A DNA stretch of 64,000 nucleotides from Candidatus Bathyarchaeota archaeon (GCA_963826715.1 CAWGYA010000008.1:96001-160000), one strand, 5' to 3'. Shown: positions 51,516-62,678, counted from the stretch's first letter. A program made the numbers and translations. The notes: a model not told the origin generated them from the sequence alone.

Positions 51516-52844
51516 ATGCACCACATCATCTTCATAAAAAACTATGGCTGCTCCTCCAACACCGCAGACGGAGAAACCCTAGCAGGATGTCTAACACAAG
51601 CAGGTTACACTATTGCATCATCCGAAGAGGAAGCCGAACTCATAATCTTCAATACATGTGCAGTCAAAGGACCAACTGAGAACCGTATAGTCAACGACAT
51701 CAAACATGCCCCAAAAACCAAAAAAATCCTAATTGCAGGATGCTTACCTAAAATCAGTTTTGATCGCCTACAGCGAGAAGTGCGATTTAATGGCGCTGTT
51801 GGTCCTGCGGTTGGTGAAGAAATCGTTGAAATTGTTAGACGGGTTTTGGGAGGCGAAAAAGTCATCGATTTATTATCATTTAAAGAAAAGCCGTCACTAA
51901 CCCTACCTAAATTGCGCAAAAACCACACGATCAGCATAATCCCCATCAATTTTGGCTGTTTAGGCAATTGCGCTTACTGTTGTGTGGTACAGGCACGTGG
52001 TCATTTAAGAAGCTACAGCATAAAAGACATAGTTGAGAGAGTACAAGCCGACTACAATGAGGGGGCACGAGAATTCTGGATGACTTCGCAAGATACAGCC
52101 AGTTATGGCAAAGACATAAAAACCGACATTGCCGAGTTGCTACTTGCCCTCAATACGTTGGAAGGTGATTTTCGAGTTCGCATCGGAATGATGACTCCGA
52201 ACTTGATAACTAAAATGGAAGAACGACTGATTTCTGCTTTTGAAAGCGACAAGATCTTCAAGTTTTTACATTTACCGGTACAAAGTGGCGATGATACAGT
52301 GTTAAAGAGCATGCGCAGATTCTACACCGCTGAAGAATTCAAACAAATCGTTAAGGCATTTAGGGCTACTTTTCCCGATTTGACTTTAGCAACTGACATT
52401 ATTGTTGGTTACCCAGGTGAAACAGAAGAAGCTTTCGAGAATACACTGCAACTTTTGAGGGAAGTTGAGCCAGACATAACCAATGTATCCAAATTTTTTG
52501 CTCGACCAAAAACTGCAGCATGGGAAATCCAAAAAGGTATAGTTGCGAAAGAGGAAATCAAGCGCCGAAGCACGGTTACCTCAGAGTTAGCGAAAAAAAT
52601 CTCAGCTGAGCGTAACAAACATTGGGTTGGTTGGATTGGTAATATACTCATAGACGAGAAAGGCAAAGTTGAGGGTTCTTGGATTGGCAGAAATTTCACC
52701 TACAAACCCATAGTTGTTAAAAGTAGTGAGACCCTGCTTGGCAAAAACTTAAAAATCGAAGTCATAGATGCAGCGTTGACTTATCTAAAAGGCAAAATCA
52801 TATCGGCTGAAGATGATAGTGAAATGGGCTACTTAGTTATTTGA
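51516..52844 (+). CDS. mtaB: tRNA ms2t6A methylthiotransferase (archaeal MtaB/CDKAL1 type)
   Basis: YGCSSN, NTCAVKGPTE, CLGNCAYC, TSQDTASYG, HLPVQSG, TRAM domain. Confidence 0.92.
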   Translation: MHHIIFIKNYGCSSNTADGETLAGCLTQAGYTIASSEEEAELIIFNTCAVKGPTENRIVNDIKHAPKTKKILIAGCLPKISFDRLQREVRFNGAVGPAVGEEIVEIVRRVLGGEKVIDLLSFKEKPSLTLPKLRKNHTISIIPINFGCLGNCAYCCVVQARGHLRSYSIKDIVERVQADYNEGAREFWMTSQDTASYGKDIKTDIAELLLALNTLEGDFRVRIGMMTPNLITKMEERLISAFESDKIFKFLHLPVQSGDDTVLKSMRRFYTAEEFKQIVKAFRATFPDLTLATDIIVGYPGETEEAFENTLQLLREVEPDITNVSKFFARPKTAAWEIQKGIVAKEEIKRRSTVTSELAKKISAERNKHWVGWIGNILIDEKGKVEGSWIGRNFTYKPIVVKSSETLLGKNLKIEVIDAALTYLKGKIISAEDDSEMGYLVI

Positions 52845-53532
52845 TACAATAGAAACCAGCTTGCATAACCGAGAACCATAATAATTCAACTACTGAAAAA
52901 CCAGTTTTTCTCAGCAAAACTAGATGCTCTTCCACCGTTAGAGGATGGTATTCTACCCCAAATCTTTGCATATGGACTTCAGCGGTTTTTATGTCGCGCC
53001 CACTTTTGATTTGATGTTGTTTCCAGTTTTCTTTTCCAATCTCGGTACCCTTTTCAGTTAAAGGGCGAATATTTTCAAACGTGACGTAGACACCTTCTGT
53101 AGTTAACAAGTTAAAGCAGACTTTTGTTGCCTTGGAATGTTCATTTACTTGAGAGTAATGGTGACTTTGTATTGCAGTTACCACATCAAATACTTCCGCT
53201 CCACAGAGGTCTTGGGTAACGGCAGTATTAAGAAAGTTTACGTTAGAACGATTTTTTAGTTTGGTTTTAGCTTCTCTAAGCATATGTGACGAAGGGTCAA
53301 CTAATACAAATTGGGTACTTGGGAACTGTTTAAGCGCTTTTTCAATCAGGGTTCCTGTTCCACATCCAGTATCCAACCATCTTTTGGGGTCAAGGCGCAT
53401 TGCTTTTAAGAGGTTTAGGGTTTCGTCATGAAATTCGTTGTAGTAAGGCAGAGTTATTTGAACTTGTTTATCGTAAACACTGGCTAAATGAGGTGTGGCG
53501 TTGTCTGAATTGAACATTATATCATCAGGCAT
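52837..53532 (-). CDS. Class I SAM-dependent methyltransferase (CmoA-like)
   Basis: LPYY, WLDTGCGTG, VDPSSHM, FDVVTAIQSHHY. Confidence 0.88.
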   Translation of the reverse strand: MPDDIMFNSDNATPHLASVYDKQVQITLPYYNEFHDETLNLLKAMRLDPKRWLDTGCGTGTLIEKALKQFPSTQFVLVDPSSHMLREAKTKLKNRSNVNFLNTAVTQDLCGAEVFDVVTAIQSHHYSQVNEHSKATKVCFNLLTTEGVYVTFENIRPLTEKGTEIGKENWKQHQIKSGRDIKTAEVHMQRFGVEYHPLTVEEHLVLLRKTGFSVVELLWFSVMQAGFYCIK

Positions 53533-53749
53533 TGTTTGTCAACTATGTTTTATAGCATTATAGGCAGAAATTACTAGTTATTTAATTTAATCTGCAAGTG
53601 AAGATATCGGCGAACCAAGTTAATCATTACTGGAATAGGCTAATTCCATATAGAGACATAGAGAATAAACCCATTAAGCATTTGAAAATTATGCAGCTAT
53701 CTGAAGGCTTAAATAATTTCGATTTCTGTACCTTTATCGAGCTGAGACC

Positions 53750-55177
53750 GTGACCATTAATCAACCCTGCATCCACCTTTTTAATACTTTAACCCGCAAA
53801 AAAGAAGTTTTTTACCCCATAGAAGCAGGAAAAATCAAAATCTACACATGTGGACCAACCGTTTACGATTATGCGCATATCGGGAACTTCCGAGCATTCC
53901 TCTTTGAGGATTTATTAAAGCGCTGGTTACTTTACCGCGGCTTCAGGGTAACTCATGTCATGAATCTAACTGATATCGATGACAAAACAATCAGGGGAAG
54001 CCAGAAGCAAAACATTCCTCTGCGGCAGTTCACTGATTTCTATGTTAAAGCCTTCTTTGAGGACATCAAATCTTTGAACATACTGCCTGCTGACGTGTAT
54101 CCCAAAGCCACAGACCACATCCCCGAAATGGTTGCATTAATCCAGGCACTTGTGCTTAAAGGCTTCGCGTATCAAGGCGAAGATGGATCGATCTATTTCT
54201 CGGTCTGTAAATTCCCCGATTACGGCAAGCTTGCTCACATAAAGGTAAAAGAACTCAAAGCGGGTGCGCGGGTCAGCCAAGACGAATACACCAAAGAAGA
54301 AGCCCAAGATTTCGCACTATGGAAAACATGGACCCCTGAGGACGGCGATGTGTACTGGGAGACCGAGTTGGGCAAAGGCAGACCTGGTTGGCATATTGAA
54401 TGCTCGGCTATGAGCATGAAGTACCTGGGCGAAACTTTTGACATTCACTGCGGTGGAATTGATAATATGTTCCCTCATCACGAAAACGAAATAGCCCAAA
54501 GTGAAGCTGCAACGGACAAGCCGTTCGTGAATTACTGGATGCACAACGAACATCTTCAAGTTGAAGGAAAAAAGATGAGCAAAAGTTTCGGCAACTTTTT
54601 CTCACTACGCGATTTGCTATCCAAAGGCTACGACCCTACATTGATCCGTTACCTACTCATATCCACTCATTATCGACAGCAATTCAATTTCACCTTTGAA
54701 GGACTGGAAGCCGCAAAGGCTTCAGTAGAGCGCCTACGCAACTTTGTGAGGCGATTACATGAAGTTGAAGGAAAAACTGGCACAAACAAAGTCGCTACTT
54801 TAACAACTAAACTGGAAGCATGTTTCGGCGGCTCCATGGATGACGATCTTAACATAGGGATCGCACTATCATCGCTATTTGATTTTGTCCGAGAAATCAA
54901 CGGGTTACTTGACGCCAATTTAGTAAGCAAACAAGAAGCCTCAGAAATCGGGGGGTTAATAATGCGAATCGATGACGTTTTAGGCGTCATTGGTAAAGTG
55001 GAAACGGAAGAAGCACTACCAAGTGACATTGATGAATTAGTGCAGAAAAGGGAAACTGCACGGAAAACCAAAAACTGGAAAGAAGCGGACGCCATTCGAG
55101 TACAGCTAAAATCTATGGGTATTTTGCTTGAGGACACTTCACAGGGAGTAAGGTGGCATAAAGAGAAAGCGGCTTAA
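53750..55177 (+). CDS. cysS: Cysteine--tRNA ligase
   Basis: CGPTVYD, HIGN, GRPGWHIEC, FPHHENE, KMSKS. Confidence 0.98.
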   Translation: MTINQPCIHLFNTLTRKKEVFYPIEAGKIKIYTCGPTVYDYAHIGNFRAFLFEDLLKRWLLYRGFRVTHVMNLTDIDDKTIRGSQKQNIPLRQFTDFYVKAFFEDIKSLNILPADVYPKATDHIPEMVALIQALVLKGFAYQGEDGSIYFSVCKFPDYGKLAHIKVKELKAGARVSQDEYTKEEAQDFALWKTWTPEDGDVYWETELGKGRPGWHIECSAMSMKYLGETFDIHCGGIDNMFPHHENEIAQSEAATDKPFVNYWMHNEHLQVEGKKMSKSFGNFFSLRDLLSKGYDPTLIRYLLISTHYRQQFNFTFEGLEAAKASVERLRNFVRRLHEVEGKTGTNKVATLTTKLEACFGGSMDDDLNIGIALSSLFDFVREINGLLDANLVSKQEASEIGGLIMRIDDVLGVIGKVETEEALPSDIDELVQKRETARKTKNWKEADAIRVQLKSMGILLEDTSQGVRWHKEKAA

Positions 55178-55968
55178 ACAGGTTTTCCGCCTAAATTCCA
55201 TTCAGAGGTAGCGTATTTTTCGCTATATAACTTATTTGACTGTTCCTTTTCGGCGGCGGTAAGTTCACCGTCTTGCAACTGAATTTTGAGGATAGACCTA
55301 AAGCCCTGAGCTAAAGCGTTAGCGATGGTATCAGGGCTAATTTTGTGACCCAGCTCAACTTGAACACTAGTTATTTTTCGTCTTGCTATGTCGGTGGCTT
55401 GGGTGCAACTGGTGTCCTTGAGCTGAAGTAAGTGAAACATTTTGGTCAAGTCCACGCTACGGAGCACTGTACCATGCTGTAACACCACACCACGACTAAT
55501 TGTTTGGCTGCTACCGCTGATTTTTTTACCAGCCACGGTTAAGTTTGGACAGTTTTTGGCATCTCCACTACTGAAGTCCGCGGGTATACCGAGCAAACGC
55601 AATGCGTCAGTTATAGCGCCATATACCTTGTTGTAAACACTAGTTACATCTGAGGTCCCCAAGTCCGCGACTTTGGCGATGACACTGTAGGTAACTTCGC
55701 CTTCAAAATCATGATAGACGGTACCACCGCCGCTGTTTCTGCGCACTACATCCACACCCAACAGCTTGGCTGTGTCGAGATAGATTTCGTTTCGCGGATT
55801 CTGATTTCTGCCCACACTCACTGCAGAGGGCTGCCAGCGATAGAAACGCAGTGTGTTAGGTACTTTGCCAGCTATCCGTGCAGATAAGATTGCTTCATCG
55901 ATAGACATATTCATTGCTGCATTATTAGTTGTAAGAGGAAGATAGCGCCAAGTATCCATATTATTCAC
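55174..55968 (-). CDS. lplA: Lipoate--protein ligase A family
   Basis: NMSIDEA, VRRNSGGGTVYHD, KISGSSQ, LQHGT. Confidence 0.9.
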   Translation of the reverse strand: MNNMDTWRYLPLTTNNAAMNMSIDEAILSARIAGKVPNTLRFYRWQPSAVSVGRNQNPRNEIYLDTAKLLGVDVVRRNSGGGTVYHDFEGEVTYSVIAKVADLGTSDVTSVYNKVYGAITDALRLLGIPADFSSGDAKNCPNLTVAGKKISGSSQTISRGVVLQHGTVLRSVDLTKMFHLLQLKDTSCTQATDIARRKITSVQVELGHKISPDTIANALAQGFRSILKIQLQDGELTAAEKEQSNKLYSEKYATSEWNLGGKPV

Positions 55969-56009
55969 AGGTTCTCTAAATTCTTCTAAGTCAACCCTAA
56001 AAACATAAC

Positions 56010-56504
56010 CTAAGGCTTTTGTTTGGCTAAATGAGCATTTATCGCCGCAATGTTTCCCTCAACTGTTTCAATCCAATTTTTATTCTCGTTGGTACCCATT
56101 CCATTTTTATTAAAAATTTCTTTAGCACGCATAAGCGCATCCATGGCAGCAGCAAAACAGCCCAATGTTGCCAGCGAAGTTCCTTGATTAACTAAAGCCA
56201 TTAACCATTTGCCAGTATCCTCTGGGTATTTTTCGCCGCATTCATCGTAAAAAAGTAATGCCTTGTTGGCAGCGGCAAGGCTCTCAAGGTGTTTACCCAG
56301 TCGCCCCAAAGACGCAGATAGCCTTGCATAACATGAAGCTTCAAATCGTTGGCGATCAAACACCTCATCAGCGGAAAGCAAACAACATAATTTCAAGCAT
56401 TTACGATAACAGTCAACTGCGCCTTCGTAATTACCTTGATGAAATAATTGAACCCCATCTTTATGCGACTTTTGCATGTCCCTGATTACATGCGCCGTTT
56501 TCAT
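56010..56504 (-). CDS. TPR-like protein resembling DUF3856
   Basis: EVFDRQRFEASCYARLS...ANKALLFY...GKWLMA pattern. Confidence 0.7.
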   Translation of the reverse strand: MKTAHVIRDMQKSHKDGVQLFHQGNYEGAVDCYRKCLKLCCLLSADEVFDRQRFEASCYARLSASLGRLGKHLESLAAANKALLFYDECGEKYPEDTGKWLMALVNQGTSLATLGCFAAAMDALMRAKEIFNKNGMGTNENKNWIETVEGNIAAINAHLAKQKP

Positions 56505-56646
56505 ATACTCACTAATTGTTTAGTCGCGTACCTTTTTATCAAGTTGTTGGATGCCCCCAAGTTTCAAGTAAGCTTCATCTACCAATTTTTTGAGATAAAA
56601 CCTTAAAACCTGAGTCTGTATTTTCTAACACGCAAGAGGAATAATA

Positions 56647-57528
56647 TTGAAGATTATCTCTGGTCCAGCGTCTAAAGATTTAGCTGAAGCAGTTTCAGCG
56701 CTAACGGGGTACCCAAACGTTTCTGTGATTTCCAAGATTTTTCCCGATGGTGAATCATATGTACGTATTGATGGCGACGTTGCAGGTGAAGAAGTCGCGA
56801 TTATACAAACTACCTGCCCACCAATGCAGGATGGGAAACTATTTCAGCTGGCTTTTATGGCGGATGCAACCAAGCGAGCAGGCGCAAAGAAAGTCACCGC
56901 TGTTGTTCCATATTTAGCTTATGCACGACAGGACAAGATGTTCCTCGAGGGTGAGAACATCAGCATCGAGACCGTCGCTAGGATGCTCGAAAGCGCTGGC
57001 ATTGATGAGTTGCTTACTGCTAACATTCATTCAGAGCATGCACTCGAGCAGTTTGGGTTTCCAGCAAAAACAGTCAGCGCCATCCCGCTTATCGCTGATT
57101 ACTTTGTAAAGAAAAATTACAAAGGCGCATTTGCATTATCTCCTGACAAAGGAGCCATGTACATCGCACAACAAGCACAGACAGTACTGGGCGGCGACGT
57201 AGGACATCTAAACAAGACTCGTGACCGCTACACAGGCCAAACAGTGCAGACTGCAGAGGGCTTAAACGTCAAAGACCAAACAGTCATCATATTAGATGAC
57301 ATCATTAGCACAGGCGGCACCATCGTAGGCGCAGCCAAAATCCTCCGCGAAAACGGTGCCGCACATGTATTCTGCGGCTGCGTACATGCTTTACTTGTAG
57401 GCGATGCAGAAAAACGTATCCTAGACGCAGGCGTGGAAGAAATCGTTGGAACTGACAGTGTCCCCGGCAATGTAAGCAAGGTCTCGCTGGCACCCCTGCT
57501 TAGTCAAGCACTCAAAGGCGCAATTTAG
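56647..57528 (+). CDS. prs: Ribose-phosphate pyrophosphokinase
   Basis: FPDGE, PYLAYARQD, SPDKGA, DDIISTGGT. Confidence 0.97.
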   Translation: MKIISGPASKDLAEAVSALTGYPNVSVISKIFPDGESYVRIDGDVAGEEVAIIQTTCPPMQDGKLFQLAFMADATKRAGAKKVTAVVPYLAYARQDKMFLEGENISIETVARMLESAGIDELLTANIHSEHALEQFGFPAKTVSAIPLIADYFVKKNYKGAFALSPDKGAMYIAQQAQTVLGGDVGHLNKTRDRYTGQTVQTAEGLNVKDQTVIILDDIISTGGTIVGAAKILRENGAAHVFCGCVHALLVGDAEKRILDAGVEEIVGTDSVPGNVSKVSLAPLLSQALKGAI

Positions 57529-58601
57529 TGCCGCACCTCTTCTTTTTGCTCTCAGGCGAGAACCAAACGCTGCCCGCCTCCGAGGTAAAAGCAATTTTAG
57601 AGACTGAAGGTTATACCTACCAGAATCCTCGACAGTTCGACCAAATTCTAAGGCTCGAGGCAGACTTAGAAAGCGTTAAGGTCATCCAAATTCGCTCAGC
57701 CTACACCAGGGTTTGCGCACAAGAAATATTAGTTGCAGAAGCCAACTACGCCGACATTGAAGAAGCTGTAGCACAAACAGATTTCCGATCAGTACTCAAA
57801 CCAGGCGAATCCTTTGTAGTGCGAATTAATCGCATAAAAAATTATGCAGACAACGAAATCAACACCATGACGCTAGAAATCAAGCTAGGAAAACAGATTC
57901 TCAGCCAAACTCCAGGCGTAACTGTCAATCTCAAAAATCCGGACAAAAGCTTTCTAGGCATAATAACAGATAACAAACTCATATTGGGCTTAAAACTAAC
58001 CGAAATAACCACCAAAACCTTCAGCGAACGGCGCCCGCGTAAAAAACCCTTCTTCCACCCTTCCGCTATGCCTTCAAAGATGGCTCGATGCATGGTAAAT
58101 CTGGCGCATGCCAAAACTGAATCGGTACTGCTGGACCCCTTCTGCGGCACAGGCACCTCTCTAATCGAAGCCACCTTTATTGGTTGCCGCGCGATTGGCG
58201 TGGACGCACAAAAAAGGATGATTTTGGGCACAAAAAAGAATCTATCGTTCTTTAACATTTCTGCGGAGGGACTACTACTAGCTGATTCCCGAAAAATCCC
58301 ATTGATAAAAGCGGATGCAATCGTCACTGACCCACCATACGGCCGCTCCTCGAGCACGCTCAAATCAACAACCAAGCAATTAGTGCAAGAAGTTCTAGCT
58401 GCCGCATATGGACTGCTGGGGAAAGGACAACGGATCTGTATAGCCCTACCGATAAGGGTGAATGAAAGTGGAGAAGTGAACCGTATGGCTGAGGATTTGG
58501 CAGAGTTTATTGTATATCTTGGATACAAAAAGATTGAGTCACACTTAGTTTTTATTCATAGATCATTGACCCGAGAAATAATGGTTTACAAAAAAACTTA
58601 G
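57528..58601 (+). CDS. trm11: THUMP-domain tRNA m2G10 methyltransferase
   Basis: THUMP region, PFFHP, DPFCGTG, TDPPYGR. Confidence 0.9.
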   Translation: MPHLFFLLSGENQTLPASEVKAILETEGYTYQNPRQFDQILRLEADLESVKVIQIRSAYTRVCAQEILVAEANYADIEEAVAQTDFRSVLKPGESFVVRINRIKNYADNEINTMTLEIKLGKQILSQTPGVTVNLKNPDKSFLGIITDNKLILGLKLTEITTKTFSERRPRKKPFFHPSAMPSKMARCMVNLAHAKTESVLLDPFCGTGTSLIEATFIGCRAIGVDAQKRMILGTKKNLSFFNISAEGLLLADSRKIPLIKADAIVTDPPYGRSSSTLKSTTKQLVQEVLAAAYGLLGKGQRICIALPIRVNESGEVNRMAEDLAEFIVYLGYKKIESHLVFIHRSLTREIMVYKKT

Positions 58602-59012
58602 TTTTTCAAAGTTTTTAGTGCTAATCGCTCCGACATTTTTTCAATACTATGAAATGGCCCCATTTTAAATCCAGTCTCCATCTGTGATTAATGTACGCGG
58701 GTACGTCAAACTTTTTTGCTCCATTAGCGAGTATAGTGGAGTTGAAAACATGCAGTCTTGTTAATTTGAATAGAAAAAGTTTTGCCAATATTATTTAGTT
58801 TGCTTTACCAGTGTCTAAGTAAAAAACCAATAAGTTATATTTGAAGCAATTACCTGATTAGCTATAACTGTAAGAAAACAGGTTCAGTATAATTTCCTTA
58901 GCATCAAAGGACTAAAAGGGATTCCGCCTAGCTTCTTTGGAAATTGTATGTTTATTAATTTTTATATTTTAAAATTGTTTAATGTTATAGTGAGGATTAA
59001 GGCGATTGGAAA

Positions 59013-59825
59013 TTGTCCACTTCTGAACGCAAAGCAAAGGGAAAGAAAAGTTTCTTAGAAAGGTTAGAAATATTCTTAGAATTTGAGGGCCCAAAAAGAA
59101 AGAATAATGACGACCCAAAACATGAGCTTAGGCGTCTGTTCTCAGAGATTTTAGGCACATTTTTTCTTGTCTTAGTTGCTGTGGGCGGAAACATAGTCTA
59201 CGTGATGAATGAAGGAGCAATAAGTCCTATCGCAGTAGTTGTAGCGCCTGGTTTAATGGTGATGGTGATTATTTTATTCATGGGAAATGTGTCGGGAGCA
59301 CACTTAAATCCAGTTGTAAGCATCGCTTTTGCTGCTCGAGGCGACTTTCCGTGGCGTAGAGTTCCAGGATACGTAATAGCCCAGTTGATTGGCTCGGTTA
59401 TTGCATGTTCACTTCTACTCTTAATGTTCGGAAAAGTAGGAATGTTTGGGGCAACTCTACCTGGCGTTGGGATAAATGATTTCCAAGCTTTCTTGATGGA
59501 AATTATACTTACGGTTGGCTTAGTGAGCACGATTTTGGGGACCGCGTCGGAAGCTCAGAATGTTGGACCACTCTCAGCTATTGCTGTTGGCGGCTACATA
59601 GCCCTCGCAGGGCTCTGGGCAAGTCCTATAAGCGGTGCATCAATGAATCCTGCACGTTCTTTTGGTCCTCAACTAATATTGTTGAATTTTGACCAATATT
59701 GGTTGTACGTCTTAGGACCAATCATAGGAGGATTAATTGCAGTTGGTTTTGCCTACATTCTACGGGGACAGATTATAGACAAAGCTGCAATCAGAGCTGC
59801 TCAAGGAACTCTTGATCAGACATAA
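59013..59825 (+). CDS. MIP-family channel (aquaporin)
   Basis: EILGTF, SGAHLNPV, SGASMNPARS. Confidence 0.93.
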   Translation: MSTSERKAKGKKSFLERLEIFLEFEGPKRKNNDDPKHELRRLFSEILGTFFLVLVAVGGNIVYVMNEGAISPIAVVVAPGLMVMVIILFMGNVSGAHLNPVVSIAFAARGDFPWRRVPGYVIAQLIGSVIACSLLLLMFGKVGMFGATLPGVGINDFQAFLMEIILTVGLVSTILGTASEAQNVGPLSAIAVGGYIALAGLWASPISGASMNPARSFGPQLILLNFDQYWLYVLGPIIGGLIAVGFAYILRGQIIDKAAIRAAQGTLDQT

Positions 59826-59962
59826 ATACCAAAAAAGTTTTCCGCCTATAACCACTTTGATGCTTGCAAGAAAAAAAACTGAAAAATTACTTTTCATTAA
59901 GTGCTATTGCGCTCTCCAGCATAATAGCCGCCCTATCCTAACCAGAATGCATTTTGAGGCTA

Positions 59963-60847
59963 TCAATACATCCTAAGTGAGGGAACTTCCATTCCAGTCT
60001 CAACTTTCCTGAAAACCTTCCAAATCTCGCCCTGCAACTTCTCTAAATCATTTAAATCCTTAGAAAGTGCCTTGATGATCAGCCCTCTATTGTTCGCCAT
60101 CTGGGTAGCCCCGCCATAAGTATTTCCAAAATCAATTTCTTTCTTAGCATTAACTGCTTTATCAGAGTACCAATAAGCCTTAAGATAAAACTTATTATCG
60201 CCGAAAATAACATCGAGCACTTCTTTGTCTTTTCTCGTGAAAATAGTGCTTTCATTAAGCAAGAGTTCTCCATCCTTTTCAATATATACCTTGGAAGAAT
60301 AGATTTCAAAATCCCAAAACTCTTCCATAGCAATCCGTCCAGGGCAGAAAATATCACAATAAAGAAATTTTGAACCCTCACTAACATGAAATACTACTCG
60401 TTGATACCAACGCGAATCGACAAAAACAATAGTTTCCCTGGGCAAAAACTCTAAACGACTGTTCTTTCCAAGATAAACATCTATTTCTTTTCTAGCATAA
60501 TTTAAATCCATTTTATAGATTTTTGTAGCCATTGTATCAGTAATAAATGCCTCTGCGCCTTCTTTCAATCTAAATTTGTAATAATAACGGTCACCTTGAA
60601 CTATCCCACCTGTCGGGTTCATGAAAAGAATATAAGGCAACCCAGGCAGACACGGGTCAAAGTAGAGTTCTCTCAGAATTTTCGCAGGAACTTCATTATA
60701 AACATCAGTAAGGTATGTCTTGTCACCAACTTTCGTGAACGTTAATTCTGCAACTGCATTTTTGCCTGGAGAACCAACAGCAAGCCTTGTTTGTTCTACC
60801 TCAAACTCCGAGAAATCGGACGGTAAACCGCTTAACTCTTGAATCAC
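59963..60847 (-). CDS. ureD: Urease accessory protein UreD
   Basis: NPTGGIVQGD, ATKIYKM, LEFLP, PGRIAMEE. Confidence 0.92.
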   Translation of the reverse strand: MIQELSGLPSDFSEFEVEQTRLAVGSPGKNAVAELTFTKVGDKTYLTDVYNEVPAKILRELYFDPCLPGLPYILFMNPTGGIVQGDRYYYKFRLKEGAEAFITDTMATKIYKMDLNYARKEIDVYLGKNSRLEFLPRETIVFVDSRWYQRVVFHVSEGSKFLYCDIFCPGRIAMEEFWDFEIYSSKVYIEKDGELLLNESTIFTRKDKEVLDVIFGDNKFYLKAYWYSDKAVNAKKEIDFGNTYGGATQMANNRGLIIKALSKDLNDLEKLQGEIWKVFRKVETGMEVPSLRMY

Positions 60848-60866
60848 TTCTTGAAAAACTCCCGCG

Positions 60867-61514
60867 TCATTTGAAAAGTGCCTTTTCTTTGATTATTTTC
60901 ATCACATCATCCAATCCGGCGCCATCTTTCAAAGACAACATGACTGTTGGTTTGTCACCTCGTAGTTTCCTTGCATCTTGCATCATAAGATCAAGGTTGG
61001 CAGTCTTAATCCCCGATTCAAGAATGGTAGATTCAACATAAGGGGCTAAGTCTATTTTATTTATAACAAGTAAATCGGATTTTTTGATTCCTAATCCCCC
61101 TTTCCGAATCGTTTTATCTCCACCAGCCACATCAACCATATAAATGAAAAAATCCGCTAATTTTGGACTAAAAGTCAATGTAATATTGTCTCCTCCGGAT
61201 TCTATCAAGAGTACATCTAATCCAGGATTATCTCGCTCAAGTTTCTCAGCAGCATCTATATTCATCGACGGGTCATCGCGCACGGCAGTATGGGGGCAAC
61301 CTCCTGTCTCTATTCCTAAGATTAGATTTGGGTCAATATCCTTGCCAAGTCTTGCTGCTAGTCTTCTTGCATCTTCTTTGGAGTACGCGTCGTTTGATAT
61401 TACTCCAACCTTGAAGCCCTCTTCAACTAGCTTTGGGACCAATTTCTCAATTAATTCAGTTTTTCCACAGCCTATTGCGCCGCCCATTCCAATTCTAACA
61501 GTTCTATTACTCAT
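60867..61514 (-). CDS. ureG: Urease accessory GTPase UreG
   Basis: GGAIGCGKT, ETGGCPHTAVRDD, ESGGDN, NKID. Confidence 0.96.
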   Translation of the reverse strand: MSNRTVRIGMGGAIGCGKTELIEKLVPKLVEEGFKVGVISNDAYSKEDARRLAARLGKDIDPNLILGIETGGCPHTAVRDDPSMNIDAAEKLERDNPGLDVLLIESGGDNITLTFSPKLADFFIYMVDVAGGDKTIRKGGLGIKKSDLLVINKIDLAPYVESTILESGIKTANLDLMMQDARKLRGDKPTVMLSLKDGAGLDDVMKIIKEKALFK

Positions 61515-61535
61515 TTTTCATATCAGTCTCCTTTT

Positions 61536-62204
61536 TTAGCTCATGAACATTCTACTTGTGCTTAATTCATGCCTCATCGAGGCAATATCCACTAAGGGAA
61601 AAGTCTGATGCAAGTCAGTTAGTTTTTGAGGTTTTATCTGAATCGATTTTACAGCGTCAATTAAAATTTTTTGCGCTTCAATATAATCAATTATTCCCAT
61701 TCTCACTAATGAAGCAATGACTTCCATGATATTAACATACAAAAGAGATAGAGCCCCTAAATCTTTGAAGTTAAACTGAACAGATACGAGCGCTAAAACT
61801 ACTGGGTAAGTTCCATATGCAGCATCAGATTTTATTAAGCCCTTGTAAGATTTTCCTATCGTATCTTCGTTGAATTCGGTTACATTCATCATGCTTCTGC
61901 CCATTTTGATCATGGCTGACCTATTTTCTTCAGTCACCTTAGAAGAATAACAAACTTCATCTACTTTTTTTAGCAATTCAATATCTTTCTTTTCGATTGC
62001 TTCTAACGCTTGACAGAAGATGCCGAGGTCGAATGCTTTCCATATCTTTTCTAAATAAATTTCTATAATTTTTGCCATTTTTTCCTTTGGCAACAAGTTT
62101 TCATTAATAACTTGTTCCATGCCCTGAGACATGGTGAATGATCCCATGGGAAAAAACGAGTCAGAGGTCCTCAGCAAATTTAGCAGTTTCTCGTTTTCAG
62201 ACAA
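61536..62204 (-). CDS. ureF: Urease accessory protein UreF
   Basis: DSFFPMGSFTMSQGME, DIASMRHE...RMFMS. Confidence 0.92.
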   Translation of the reverse strand: MSENEKLLNLLRTSDSFFPMGSFTMSQGMEQVINENLLPKEKMAKIIEIYLEKIWKAFDLGIFCQALEAIEKKDIELLKKVDEVCYSSKVTEENRSAMIKMGRSMMNVTEFNEDTIGKSYKGLIKSDAAYGTYPVVLALVSVQFNFKDLGALSLLYVNIMEVIASLVRMGIIDYIEAQKILIDAVKSIQIKPQKLTDLHQTFPLVDIASMRHELSTSRMFMS

Positions 62205-62678
62205 TTATTCTTCTTCCCCCGCGTGGTATCCAGCTGAAGAGATAGATATTACTTTTCGAATTGATTCGAACCTAATAGGCAACTTCATAGATTCGAGTAT
62301 TTTCCTGACCTTTTCTTCTCCAATTGTGACTGGAATGAATAAAGCGTTATCTTCGATCAAAACTTCAAGATGTCGATTTCCCAAATTATAACCTAATTTT
62401 GCTGCTTTTTCTAAAAAGTCACTATTTTGGAATTCGTTTAAAGTAACCTTTATTACTAATTCAGGTTCAATGAGAATTTTGTAGTAGTCTCCTTTTTCTG
62501 AAGGTCCGAAAACATCCCCCTGCCCTATGGGTTGGCCTCTAGGTAAATTGATTATCAGGTCTTCTCCATTGCTTAATTTAGCTCTCACTCTACCTCTCAT
62601 TGCGTTCTGCCTGTTAGTTGTAACCTCTTTAATCTTTTCGACACTGACTTGATTTGCTAATTTTTCAAAAACAATCAT
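62205..62678 (-). CDS. ureE: Urease nickel chaperone UreE
   Basis: LPRG, GD, LGYNLGNRH; no poly-His tail. Confidence 0.9.
   Translation of the reverse strand: MIVFEKLANQVSVEKIKEVTTNRQNAMRGRVRAKLSNGEDLIINLPRGQPIGQGDVFGPSEKGDYYKILIEPELVIKVTLNEFQNSDFLEKAAKLGYNLGNRHLEVLIEDNALFIPVTIGEEKVRKILESMKLPIRFESIRKVISISSAGYHAGEEE

Noticed and set aside
58622-58790. Possible 55-aa minus-strand ORF between trm11 and the aquaporin
   Set aside because: No motif, SD signal or coupling to support it
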